A stretch of DNA of 64,000 bases from Camelus ferus (lineage: Eukaryota). Below, one piece after another: positions 50,536 through 62,739 of this stretch. Numbering within the stretch: the first letter of the stretch is position 1; each line of letters begins with the position of its first letter. The notes under the pieces were generated by a model. It did not search any database. It was not told where the DNA came from and saw only the letters and a list, made by a program, of their open reading frames with translations. The stretch is taken from positions 61,692,001 through 61,756,000 of the forward strand of contig NC_045697.1 in NCBI RefSeq assembly GCF_009834535.1, written 5' to 3'. The position numbers were made by a program, and so were the translations under genes.

Positions 50536-51801
50536 CAGACATCAAAGTCATGACCTAAGGCGGGAGGTCAGCTTTAGAAGCCATCAGCATATGGATGGTA
50601 ATGATGCCATAGAATATGGTGATCATTCAGAGGAAATGTAGATAGATAGAAGAGAAGGCCAAAAAAAGAGCTTTAAGGTCTAATATTCCTGACAATGGGG
50701 AAAGAAGAAGTTGCTTTCATGGAGACTGAAAAGAATAATTAAAGGGATAGGAGGCAGACCAAAAGAATATGAAAATTTTCATAAGAGAATATGTTGTTGC
50801 GAAGCCAGGAGAAGAAAGGAATTCAAGATGAGGCTCTATGTAAAATGTTGCAGAGAAGTCAAATGTCTTGGGATGATCTTTGGAAGCTAAAACAAGAGCA
50901 ATTTTGATAGCATCACAGGGATATGAGCAAGATTGTTGAGGGTGGAGGTGTGAGCGGAAAGTGAGAAAGTGATGACAGCATGTTACTGTCATACCTCAGA
51001 GGACTGGAAGCTCCACTAATGCACAAAATAGTATTTTTGTGTATGTAGATATATGACCAGTGAAATGTGCCACAGCTCTGTGATTGCTTTTATTTACAGT
51101 TTTTGACACTGAATCATGAATTCTGGTTCTGTACCATGTTTTATGCAAATAAGAACTTCCCAGGCTTATGTTCATCATGAATATGATTTTGTTTCTACCA
51201 AGGCAACATAAACTATGGGAAAATTATATAAGCACCATGTGTGGTAAAATCATAAAATGCCCATTAAAATAATTGTACTTTATATTACTATAGGATGTTA
51301 CAATTCTCTATGCGGTTTTACTTTTATATCTCATGTCATAAACTGTGTCTAAGTGGTCAAGAACTTCTTTCTAAGCAACCTAAATTAACCCAAATGCCAT
51401 GAAGCATTCCTCTGATAATCAACCCACTGACAAGATAAGATGCCTCAACATGTAACAGCCAATGAGGGCTAAATAGAGTTTGATATCAACTGTTTATTCA
51501 GACGAGGCTGACATTTTCTCAAGTAACAAACTTCTGTATCTACACAGCAAGTCAAATAGACCAAAATAATGCTTTGGGGTTTTTTTAATTCAGAATTTGA
51601 CTTCTCAAAATTGTTTATGGCCTGGCAATTTTAAATTTCAGAACCCCATTCACTTTCTTGTGATGGCAGGATTAAATTTCTCCAATAATTTTCAGCTAAA
51701 ATGATACACACATAGAATAAGGAGAAACCAAGCTGAAAAATAAAAATTCTCCCCAGTGTACCATGCAAAGTCCAGTTTACTTAAATTCAGAATATCTAAA
51801 A

Positions 51802-52428
51802 TTCTTTTTTTATTGAAGTATAGTTGATTTAAAATGTTGTGTTAGTTTCTGATGTACAGCATAGTGAAGCATAGTGATTCAGTGATACACACACACACAT
51901 ATATATATACACATTCTTTTTCATATTTTTTTCATCAGAGGTTACTGTAAGATACTGAATATAGTTCTCTGTGCTATACATTAGGACCCTGTTGTTTATT
52001 TATTTTATATATAGTAGTTTGTATCAGCTAATGACAAACTTCTAATTTATCTCTCTCTTCTTTCCCTTTTGGTAATCATAAGTTTGTTTTCAATGTCTGT
52101 GAATCCATTTCTGTTTTGTAAATAAGTTCAACTGTATCATTTTTTTAGATTTCATATATAAGTGACATGATATTTGTCTTTCTCTGACTTAACTTCACTT
52201 AGTATGATAATCTCTAAGTCCATCCATGTTGCTGCAAATGACATTATTTCATTCTTTTTTATGGCTGAGTAGTATTTCATTGCATATATATATATATCTT
52301 CTTTAAATCATTTGCCAAAGCACATTTAGGCTGTTTCTACATCTTGACTGTTGTAAACAGTGCTACTATAAACACTGGGGTGCATGCATCTTTTCAGCTT
52401 AGAGTTTTCACCAGATACCTGCCCAGAT
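51802..52428 (-). mobile_element. Cetartiodactyl-type L1 3' end
   Basis: 'ttttttattgaagtatagttgattt...tgttagtttctgatgtacagcatagtga...tccatccatgttgctgcaaatg...tttatggctgagtagtatt'. Confidence 0.93.
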
Positions 52429-53413
52429 GTGAACCTGAAAACCTTCTGAGACAGACTGGAAGTTATGAATAACTGGAAAAATGCTTTCTCAAAAGCCACA
52501 CAAAATTCTATCAACTCAATACAATTCATTTATCCTTTCAGTGCATGCCTGATAAGTAAAAGTTCAGAGGCTCCATTCTCTACTGCTTCAAAGGTGATGG
52601 CACCCACAGTAAGAGAAACTTCTGCCTAGATCAACTTCTTTCAGTAGTAGCTAACTTTTCTGAATCACTAAGTTAACCCTAATATAATAGAGAATTTTTA
52701 CTTGACAAATATCATTGTCTTACATACAGTCTCATACTAAGTAATGATTGATTTAAATCCAGATTATTAATTATCCTGAGATCAATTTTGTCTGAGGCAT
52801 TAGATCTTACAGAATTCCATTCTCAACCTAGTCAAGTCACTTGAAGCAGCCAGAATTAATAGTGTATCGTGAGGTAACAGGGAAATATTTCCAACCATCA
52901 GGTGCAGAGGTTTAAGTGTATACTCAACAGGTAGGACTGGGCCTTGCACAAAAACAAAATATTTTACAGAATCAAATACTTTCCCCTTTGAGAAACAACA
53001 ACAAAAAAGGCAGTTGAACACAAAGGCTGTGAATACTTGCTGATTTGGAGTTAATCTAACATTGAGTCTACATCATGGCCACATGATGCATTGAAGTTAA
53101 GTCATTTTTGTTTTTTTCTGAATGGTATATATGCTTTTGATCTCTACAGATGTCCAATATTCCTCTATTCTCTGAACTATGTCCCAGAGGCACAAACAAT
53201 TCAGAGAAACTAGTTCATTCATGACCACTGCAGATTTGTTATCTTAGCAGTGTTGATAATTGCATCTCAATTTATTTTAAGGCTAGTATCCCTGAGAACT
53301 TGTATAGTTTGTAGCAAAGAATTTCCATCTCTACAATCCTTTGGCATTACTAGTAAGGTGAGTACTTAATACCTGACACATCTCCAACAGGATTCTGAGC
53401 AATGCAGAAAAAA

Positions 53414-53452
53414 CATAGTCAATATAGTCAAGATATAGTCAAATATAGTCAA
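53414..53452 (+). repeat. Short tandem array, four copies of ATAGTCAA core (9-11 bp period)
   Basis: 'catagtcaatatagtcaagatatagtcaaatatagtcaa'. Confidence 0.9.
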
Positions 53453-53739
53453 TCCTACAGGGAAGAAAATAGTGACATGAGTGCAAGGTTAGTTGAGTTT
53501 TTTCTAGTGAAAACAGAAATTTATACATTGGCAGCAGCTTTGAGTCCCTGCATAAAAAACCTGGGCCATGGTGTGACCTGGTGGGTGAGCGTAGAGTGGA
53601 GGAAAGGAGAGAAGAAAAAAAGTCAAGGAAAAAAGTTCTCCCCAGGAGTGGCCCAGAGAAGCTCTACAGATACATAAATCAAGAGTGTGCACTGAGTTAA
53701 CTATTAGGATGATTCACAGAAGACTTGCATTTGCATCAG

Positions 53740-54030
53740 CTGAACCAGGTAAGTAAAGAGATAGGGAAACTTCAGAGAAGAGCAAGTAGAGCAATTAAAT
53801 AGGTTGTGGAAAGTGCATAAAGTGTCTTAGTGGATGACAAGCAAATCACCACCAGATTTCAAAGATCCTAGAATGACTTTGACTCACAAGCAATGGGTAG
53901 TCAGTGAGTATTTCTGAGCAGAGGATCATAGCTCAGTTCTACCAAGGGAGTTGTGGAAGGTCAAAGATCATCGAAGGAGTAGATTTGAAGGTGAAAAGAA
54001 GTTTACTTTAGGATATGCTAAATTATGGAC
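53740..54030 (-). mobile_element. Degenerate L2 fragment
   Basis: 'aagcaatgggtagtcagtgagtattctgagcagagg', 'agtttactttaggatatgctaaatt'. Confidence 0.5.
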
Positions 54031-57000
54031 GGTTTTTAAGGAAAATGTCACACCCTTAAAATATGTATGCCTTTATGAAAAAAATATTCTGATCAAGAGC
54101 TTCTAAGGCTGTCAGCAATTTGCTTCCACCTAGGAAAAATGGAAACTCAGATTCTGATCTACTTGAAGCCTCGTTCTTTAGTCTGCTCAAGCAAAACTCA
54201 ACTCAACTGACAGGAGAGAAAAATGATAAATTGGCTACTTGACTGAACTGACCAATCAATTAATTCAAAACAGTCAACCAAGCAGTACCATTCAATCTAG
54301 AGACAGATCTCTTCATGACAGTAAAAGAAGAAGGGTCAAGACCTCTTCCCCCAAGGTTATTCTTCTAAAGGATGAAATAATGCTTTTATCAAACAATTAG
54401 ATCTCTCAGCAAAATCAATTACTGATTGTATCCCAGATACCTGGCAGAACTGCATCATAAAAAGCAGGCCTTTGTAAGTTGTCAAGGGCAAGGACACAGT
54501 GGTTTAAAATCTTTTTTGATAGCCACAGTGGTTATTAATGCATGCTTTACAAAATGAAATGCTTTCATCTTTATACTTTCTAAGGAAATGAAAATTTATA
54601 GCAAAGAGATTATCTGTTTTTTTAAGGGTAAATGCATTTATCCTAAAAAGGATGTATCTCCTCAAGAAGAGATTCTGATATTATTTCTAAAAAGGTTGGT
54701 AGCATTAGTGATTCTTCTGTTTTATATTTCCTCTTTCATATAAGCAAAAAGGTTTTAAAATAACACATTTCCAAATACAAAATTCTTAATGCCAGGTTGA
54801 GGAGGCACGGTTTTCTGTGATTTGCCAAAAATTGTGGGCACTTGATTAGGGTACATGAAATTTCAACTTCCTTAATGGTAAGAAAATACTTATTTCCTAT
54901 AAATATAAAAACCAGTCATTGATATGACCTTATGATCTTCCTTTTTTTGTACAAATTTTAATTTTTTAACTATAACAGATTATCTTGCATTTTCTTTTGT
55001 CTAGGTAATCAAAAGAGTAAGGTAATGCTTTAATTGATTGATTCCCAATAGGAAGAAATGCCTTGTTCCTGTGCAACTTGATATGGATTTGGTGTCAAAT
55101 GCCACAGTTATAAAGAGAAATTGTTCCCTTAATTAATGATTTCCATCTTAAAACTAGAAAATGTAGGTAGTTTTTTTGTTTTTTTTTTTAAGTCACAACT
55201 GCTATTTAAAGATTGATGCTTTGGAAAGGGAATGGGAAGAATTAGGTTTAACAATGTAAGAAGGGTTTCAAATCAAAGTGTTTTGTTTCAGTCAACAGAA
55301 AACTAATCTTTTTAAAAGGAACACTGATATCTTTAAGCAATTCTTAAGACTCCATAGTTGACCAAGCCCCTACAGGACCCAACATTCCCTATTATGTTAT
55401 ACTCAGCCACTTCATATATAATTTTATGTAGTGCCTGTTTCCATAGGTGTTCCAGCCTTCTACTTCTGAGGTTGTTCTCAATATTAAAGGTTAGAGCCAA
55501 TTTAATTCACATGATCTGCTCTCTAAAAATTTATTTCCCAAGTTTGATTATCTGAGTACTAAAAGAGAAGTACTACAAGAAAAGATTGAGCTGTCTTTTT
55601 AAATTACTTTATTAGGAACATTTTATTTTATGTGTGTGTGTATATGTAAATTAAGAACATACATTTTTCTTCCTCTGTCTCTACACTGCTAACAGTTGCT
55701 TGGTCAACCTGTAATGTTGTAGGCATAGTCGTTATTGTTTTTGTTTCCTTGTAAAGTTAACACATATATATTTATTTTATCTCTTTACATTGGTATAGAT
55801 TAAGAAGATACCCAGTTTATGAATCTTTAGAATATGAATAGAGTTATATAAAACCTTTAAAAATTAATGCCAAAAATTATCAAAACATAGATTAGTGGAA
55901 TTAATCTCAAACCATCTGAGTTGGGAGAGAAAAGTTCTTGAGAACAGGGACCACTTGTATAGGTTCATCGTTGACTATTCCTTTTATAAAAGAAACACAT
56001 TCCCCAATTCTCTGTCGACGTCACCACTCCTGGTTACTGCAAAGCTCAAAGGCTTTCCTCAGTAAGCCTATCTGCCTGGTACCTGAATTCATTTGATTTT
56101 GTAACACCTAATCATATGCTAAGTTTCCCTAATACTCTTATTTCTAAAAAGTAAAAGAATTAAGTTGAACTACATTTCAATTGAGAAAGGAAGAAAATTT
56201 AATATTCTCAACAATCCATCAGAAAAATATAATAAAATTGCAATACTAATAACTGAATTATTTTATAAATTTAACAACAAAATGAATACCACACATAAAG
56301 TATCCTTTTGTCTTTAACAAAATAGCATATCCACCATTGCCTTGTTACCTGATAGAGTTTTATCCCCTACTGGTGAAATTGTGTTGCTTTAGGAATAATT
56401 TTTGTGTATAAACCACAGATTACAGAATTTCAAGCCTCAACATTTAAGATAGTTTGTAAGATAGTTGTCATTCTGAAGGCACATGATAAAACCCTGGGTG
56501 AAATGAATTATTATGAAATTATAACTTAATATTAATATCCCACCAATAAAACAATGTTCATTGCATTTTCATAGCAAAAGAGACCATCAAATAATTGCCA
56601 ATATTTTCCATATCTGAAATTAAAGAATTATGAAGACTATTTCACATTGTATATGAAAAGAATTAAAAAACTCCTGTCATCTTTAACCATGTGGATATTC
56701 ATGTAAGAGTACTACTAATATTACATGACTTGCTTGTCTCATTTCTTAACTACTTAGGTTTAACCAGAGCAAGTAAAACATTTTTCATGAAAAAATGTTT
56801 TATTATTTATGCATATCAATAGAAATTTTCAGAGCCAAATATGTAGTGTCAAAACTTTTAAATCTATTTTTATATTTAATAAAAGCCCTGTAATTCTCTA
56901 ATCATTCACATTAACTGATTTTGAGCACTTCATATAAAAGGATAAACTATATGAAAAAATCTTGTATTTAACATCTTAAAACTGATCACATACAGATTAG

Positions 57001-57189
57001 AAAATATTTACAGTTACAAAGAAAACATGGAATAGACTCATCCATTCTATCAGTAAGAGTTTCCCCAGTTGATAAAGTATTGATTACGAAAAAAATATAT
57101 TATTATTAACACTCAAACAATTATATGTCAAAAATGTCAACCAAACTGCAGCTAAAGCACTTAGCATGAAAGGGCACTAATGACTTATA

Positions 57190-57400
57190 TTTTCTTTGTT
57201 ACGACATATACAACAATGTTGCAATACACAGAGCAGTTGTGCTGGAGATGTACCCATTGTCTCTGTAACTGAAGTTCCAGGTAGAGCGCTGTCAGGAGCA
57301 TATTTATGACACAATTCTAGTGGTCTACAGACTTATAATACAATAAACCTATTGCACAAGCCCTGTTGTGTTTGGGGGGAGTGGTTGGCATTAACTTTGC
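57190..57400. promoter_or_regulatory. Candidate enhancer (SOX plus posterior-HOX plus MEIS motifs)
   Basis: CTTTGTT 57194-57200, AACAATG 57212-57218, CATTGT 57255-57260, CTGTCA 57289-57294, TTTATGAC 57303-57310, CAATAAA 57341-57347; function inferred. Confidence 0.35.
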
Positions 57401-57827
57401 TCTTACTTCTCAAGTTGATAAGGGGGTTGATGGTCTCCCGGCTAGGCATGGTAGATGCCTGAATGCTGTAAGACAACTGGAACGAATTTATCACTGGGCA
57501 GAAACATCTTCCACTAATAGAAATGGCGGGTGTCCAGGCCTGCCCTTCCAGGAATATGAGTAGCTAATTTTTGTCAGCCACAAGGTGTTGAGAATGATAG
57601 TATTGTTTAGACTTGTTTGCTTTAATAGTGGCTTCTTGTCTATTTTGTGAATATACTGCAACAACTCTTCTGGAAAAAGGTAATTGCAAAAATTTTCTGG
57701 TAAAAAAAATAAGGATGAGTATGCCATTTAGAGTAATGCAATGCGGGAAAATGTGTAAAGGGAATCCAAATACAGAGAGGAATTTAGTGAATTTTTAAAA
57801 TAAATAGAAAGGATATACAAATATCTT

Positions 57828-58070
57828 CAGCATATTAGAGTGAAAAATTAATGGGCTCTGCAGCCTGACTGACCAATGTTTGAAATCCCTATCACTTTCT
57901 AATTGTATAAACCTGGGCAAGTTATTGAAACTCTCCGTCTCAGGGGTTTTTGTTTGTTTGTTTGTTTTGGTTTCATAACGTAACTGAAAAAACAAACCAG
58001 ATTGTTGTGAGAATTAGATTAGGTAACACATAGCACAGTGCCTGAAACATAGTTGGTACTCAGTGAGCAA
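57828..58070 (+). mobile_element. MIR SINE
   Basis: 'aacctgggcaagttattgaaactctccgtctcag', 'gattgttgtgagaattagatta', 'agcacagtgcctgaaacatagttggtactcagt'. Confidence 0.85.
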
Positions 58071-60389
58071 GAGAACTCTCCCTACCACCACTTCAAATAA
58101 GGCACTATCTGTCTCAACTTAACATATTATTTGGTGCTTCCCAGGTTTCATTCGGAGGGGGAGGAAACACTGATCCTGCTTTCCATCTAAGAATGGCATG
58201 CAAATATGCAGCAGTAGGAAAATTCTTTAGCCCACACGAATCAACTGGCTTGAGCTAAGGTTGTATCCACTTCTGAAAGTCAGATATGTCTGGTCACGTC
58301 TAGTGAACCAGAAGGGTGACCCAATCAAGATATGGCTATATGGGAGCTGCAGCTCATTGCTGAGGCTATGATGAGTCTATGGATGAACATGCATTGACTT
58401 GGTAAAGGAGGTCTGTCAAGTCAGTTTGTGTGGGGGCTGCAGAAACTCAGGGATGGTCATTTATTCCAAGGGTACAAGGAAGAAGGCACAATGAAATGAC
58501 CTGGTGACAAAGTCAGGGATGGAGTGTTGATTCACTGTAGCTATCAATCAAACCTATCTGTAGACTGGTCCCATGATTTTATCTGGATTCTAGCTTAGAG
58601 AGAGAAATATCTCTAAGTTAGTATCTCTCTACAAGGGTTTTTTAATATTGTAGATTGATGAACAAGAGCACTATGGAAACTGAAACAATCTAACAAAGAG
58701 GAAAGAGACCTTCTTTCCCAATTCATCAAGGACCTTGCACAATTTGGGTACTTCAAGGCCTGTAGTGCATCAGTTGCAGTACCTGATCCAACAGTAACAG
58801 GACCCCTTGAGACCCTGGAATCTGGTAGAAAAGCAGCAAACCTAGACAGTAGGACAGTAATGCCAGGCTGAAGACTCTGCCTTTGCCTGGCATGTAAAGA
58901 AATAATAACATTCTGGCTATCATGGCTATTACTATAGCTCCATCTCCAGCCCCAAGTTGGTGAAGTCTGGCAAAACTGGGACATTTTCCAGTGCGCTTCA
59001 AGTTTGGTATTATACCCATTGTCAAGTCTCCCTTTCTGTACTCACTCTAATCTTCCCCCCACCCCACAAAAAAGGAATAGAAAAAAAAGTGAAGCAGTTG
59101 AGGGTTTCCATTTTTAATTTGGGGAGTTTTTGTTTATGTGGCTAATTAAATTTCTAGCCATTCATTTAAAGTAACCCAGACAAGGTTGTACAGTTGTTTA
59201 TCATCATAGAATCTTGTTTTTTAAAAAGCCAGGCATTCACAGTCTATTTTCCTCAGCAAAAAGTCTGAATTACCAAGAAACTGAGTGCCTTGCAAAGTAC
59301 TTTACTAGTGAGAAGATATAACCCATGCTTTTCTGATCGTCATCCAGCAAGCTGTCAACTAAACAATACAGCTTTTCCAAACAATTATTTTTAAGCAGGA
59401 GCTGAAATCTCAGCCATTAGCTCTTCTTGGTGAGATACTGTTTGTTAACTTTGAGGGTGCAACCTCTGGTAATTTATTAACTTACATTACATTTATGTTT
59501 ACAGTATCACTCATCTGCTCTTAACAAATCTTGCCCGTGAAGGATATAAGAGCACAAGTAACTTCAGGCAGCCTTCAGATTTCTCCTGCCTTATGTTTTA
59601 TTCAGTCAGTCAACTTGGCTGCCATTCTATATTCCTAAAATACAAGATGTACAGCAACCTTGCAGACAGCTAGAAAGGGTGCACACGCCCTCTAAGCCCC
59701 AGGGTGTATCAGGGAGGGATTGACTCAAACCAACAAGTCTCATATCCTTTAAGCCCTTTAAAGTCATAGGATGACATATCTCCTAGTGTCTGGAGCCCTT
59801 AGAACATGCTGAATTAGCAGTACAACTTAATGAGGATTAGGCTAACTTGACAGAAGATGTAGGACACCTTCTCCACATCTCCTCACTTTAGTTTCAATCT
59901 GATATCCAGTAGCTAAAGGTGAAGGAATGAGTGACCTTTACCAGCAACTTTGAGTCTCTGGGTTGATAGAGCAAAATTGCTCTTTCTCAGATGTCAGAGT
60001 AACCACAATGCATGATGTTGATAGGGGTCAAACTGCCCAAGATATATATTTTCATTCACCTCCTTAGAGATTCAACCTGACAAAACTGTAATAGCTTATT
60101 GAGTTTCAAATGACAATGACATACTGGGTATTTTCAAGCACTTTTATTTTTCTTACTTCCTGTGCCTGGTTAGAAAAGAAACTTATCCCACAAAATTATA
60201 ATCCTGCAACATTTCAAAATAATTTTTTCATTGCATGTAATTTTATAATACAGTTGTCCACCTCCCTGTATGTGTATACACTAGTATATTAAAGCCAACA
60301 AATGTATAAAGTTTAAAGTTGCTTTTCCACAAGTTTAACTAGATCTATCTCGAGCTCTTTCTGTATAAACAAGCAACATGAATCTAGAT

Positions 60390-60705
60390 CAAGAGCCAGC
60401 AGACTTTCTGTAAAGGACCAGAGCGTAGTTTCAGCTTTGCAGGCTGTAAGTTCTCTGTTGCAACTACTTCACTCTGCCCTTGTGGCACAAAAGCAGCCAG
60501 AGACATTATATAAACAAGTACATGTGGCTTTGTTCCAGTACAACTTTATTTGTGGGCACTAAAATTTGATTGTATATAACATTCATGAAATATTCTTCTG
60601 TTGATTTTTTTCAATCATTTAAAAATGTAAAAACCATTCTTAGCTCATAGACCATATGAAAACAGGGGGTGGGCCAGGTTTGGTCCAAAGACATAGTCTA
60701 GCTAA
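60390..60705 (+). mobile_element. MER58B-like (hAT-Charlie)
   Basis: 'actttctgtaaaggaccaga', 'tctctgttgcaactacttcactctgcc...aaagcagcca', 'catttaaaaatgtaaaaaccattcttagctc...aaaacagggggtgggccaggtttgg'. Confidence 0.88.
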
Positions 60706-60861
60706 TAAGTTGTAAAAAGATACTCTGAATCTTCATCTTGTTGTTCAAATTCTAGAAGCTTTAGATAGCATTTAATAATACTGACATTTATCAAATGTAA
60801 TAAACTCAGTATTTACAAAAGTTTTTAACCTACTGACTCCTAGGGCCTGGAAAAATACTAG

Positions 60862-61025
60862 GTATGTCTCAACTTTAATGTGCACATGAATCACCCAGAG
60901 ATCTTGTTAAAATGCAGATTCTCATCCAATAAATCTGGGGTGGGACCCAGATCCTACATTTCTAACAAGTTTTCAAGTGATGTCCATGCTTTTGATCCAC
61001 AATGCACACTTTGGGTGGCAAAGCT
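60862..61025. mobile_element. MER5A1/MER5-family (hAT-Charlie)
   Basis: 'gaatcacccagagatcttgttaaaatgcagattctc...tctggggtgggacccagatcctacatttctaacaag...cacactttgggtggcaa'. Confidence 0.85.
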
Positions 61026-61074
61026 TAGAACGTAACAAAATTTAACTAAATATTCTAAGGTAAGGCAATTCCAT

Positions 61075-61420
61075 CAAACCACAGTTATTTACTGAGGATC
61101 TACTATACGTCCACTTCTGTGCTAGGTGCCAGGAGAGACTCAGAAAAATATAGACAATATAATTCTTTCTCACAGGGAACTTACAATCAAGATAAGCACA
61201 AATGAACAAGAATAAATAAAAAGAGCTAAATTAAGGAGACTAAGTGATAAGGGAGTTCAGAGAAACAGAATGATGAATGAAATCCAACAGACTACAAGAG
61301 AATAGATAAGCCTTTACCTAAACCACAAAGAACAAACAGTAAAAGAGAAAGGGAAACCTTAAGACAACATTAGTAAAGATATGAAACCAGAAATGCAGTG
61401 TTGGCTCTAGAAAGTCTGGC
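61075..61420 (-). mobile_element. L2 LINE 3' region
   Basis: 'ttatttactgaggatctactatacgtcc..ttctgtgctaggtgc', 'tctcacagggaacttacaatc'. Confidence 0.65.
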
Positions 61421-62204
61421 AAGGAAGTAGTTGCAGGAAGCCACTTGTTGGAAGGAGTGACATCTGATATTATTACTTAGATTATATGTTTATTTTGTGT
61501 GGCTTGGGAAACTGTTAATGGAAATGGAAAGGAAATTTGCCAAACCAAGATATGTCTTGGAGCCACTCTGTACCTCGTAAGAAACCTTTTAAAGGTTTGG
61601 CTTCTTTCAAAGAGTGTTCCTTTAGGAATACAATTAGTTATCCTATATTACTATAGTTGAGTTGGAGCAGAAGCCAATAGCTTCAGCAGCTTACGGTGGG
61701 AAATGACGCATTTCAAGTTTTCAGTGCTAAGTATATTTATCAGGGCTGCCTTTCCTAATAAGCAGGGATTTAAGTATTACTTTCTGTCACTTAAGCAAAT
61801 TTTTGCCTGAAATCCCACTGTTAGAAACTGCTTATTTTAGATTAAGACCACATTTTTCCAACTTGGGACTACATGGCAGCATGCACAGTATGGAAATTCA
61901 TAGGGAAAAAAACAGTGTATCTTCTGGAGGGTCAATTTCATTGATGTGGTGAAGATAAAAGTTAAACAATTTAATTGTAACCCAAAAATGTTATTTTATA
62001 CTAAACAAACATTGGCATATTATGAATTAGAATGCAATACCCACATGATTTCTTTTCAAATGATTAATCAAATTATTTCAAAGAAATATGGGGCTTGAGC
62101 CTAGAGCTCTGGGCTCCACTTTGAGAGGGTATGAGAGTGTAAGTTCATTTTCCTCAGTCTTAAGTAGTTCTTTCGTGAAAGCCTTTGAAAAGATTTGGAT
62201 TGAT

Positions 62205-62480
62205 GTCCACCTATGAATACTATACAGCAGTTAAAAATGAGGCACTAGAATACACATAACAATTTGGCTGGATCTTAAAAACATTCTACAAGTGAAAAAG
62301 GTATGAAGACAAATGAGATCTAGTACATAGTATACCATTTACATAAATTAAAATACTTGCAAATAAAACAAAAATACATACTCTACAAGAATACAAAGAA
62401 AAAGGTAACACATTAAATACATTAGAGTGGCTACTGTTGAAGTACGGGAAATGGGACTAGAAAAAGACTAAACAAGTAAG
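62205..62480 (+). mobile_element. Very old L1 (L1ME-type) 3' fragment
   Basis: 'atgaatactatacagcagttaaaaatga', 'ggatcttaaaaacatt...gtgaaaaa', 'tataccatttacataaattaaaa'. Confidence 0.7.
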
Positions 62481-62691
62481 TAAATAAGAGAGAACTTGCA
62501 TATGTAATAAATTATTATAATTAAATCAAACCTCTGAACTTAAGATTCAGAAGACTAATGGGTTAAGTCATCACCAACAATAAAGCTTTTCTTTATAAAT
62601 GAAGGTATCTTCCAATATCTGACATTAAATCTTTGTTAACAGCCCACTTAAAGAGGTCAAGGAAGGAACTTGGCAATATCAGTTTGCAGGA

Positions 62692-62739
62692 GGAAGACAG
62701 TTTTCAGACTTTCTAGGGGGAAGACAGTTTTCAGACTTT
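62692..62739 (+). repeat. Perfect 21-bp direct repeat, period 27 bp
   Basis: 'ggaagacagttttcagacttt' at 62692-62712 and 62719-62739. Confidence 0.95.

Larger units (their letters stand above)
49165..50995 (-). mobile_element. L2 LINE, split by a MaLR LTR at 49870-50535
   Basis: 'ttcaataaatatttctagaatgcctacc...aggcactgtg', 'ccctgccttcaaggagcttacagactagt', 'gtagaaatgtccagtaggcag', resumes 'agccatcagcatatggatggtaat'. Confidence 0.8.

Noticed and set aside
53414..53452. Regularly spaced short repeats that might suggest a CRISPR-like array
   Set aside because: Units of 9-11 bp with no unique spacers in mammalian DNA; an ordinary tandem repeat
58229..58352. Faint resemblance to a 5S rRNA-derived (AmnSINE1-like) head
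   Set aside because: By-eye identity is low, box A/box C spacing is inconsistent and no Deu-domain-like sequence follows; only a Dfam search could rescue it
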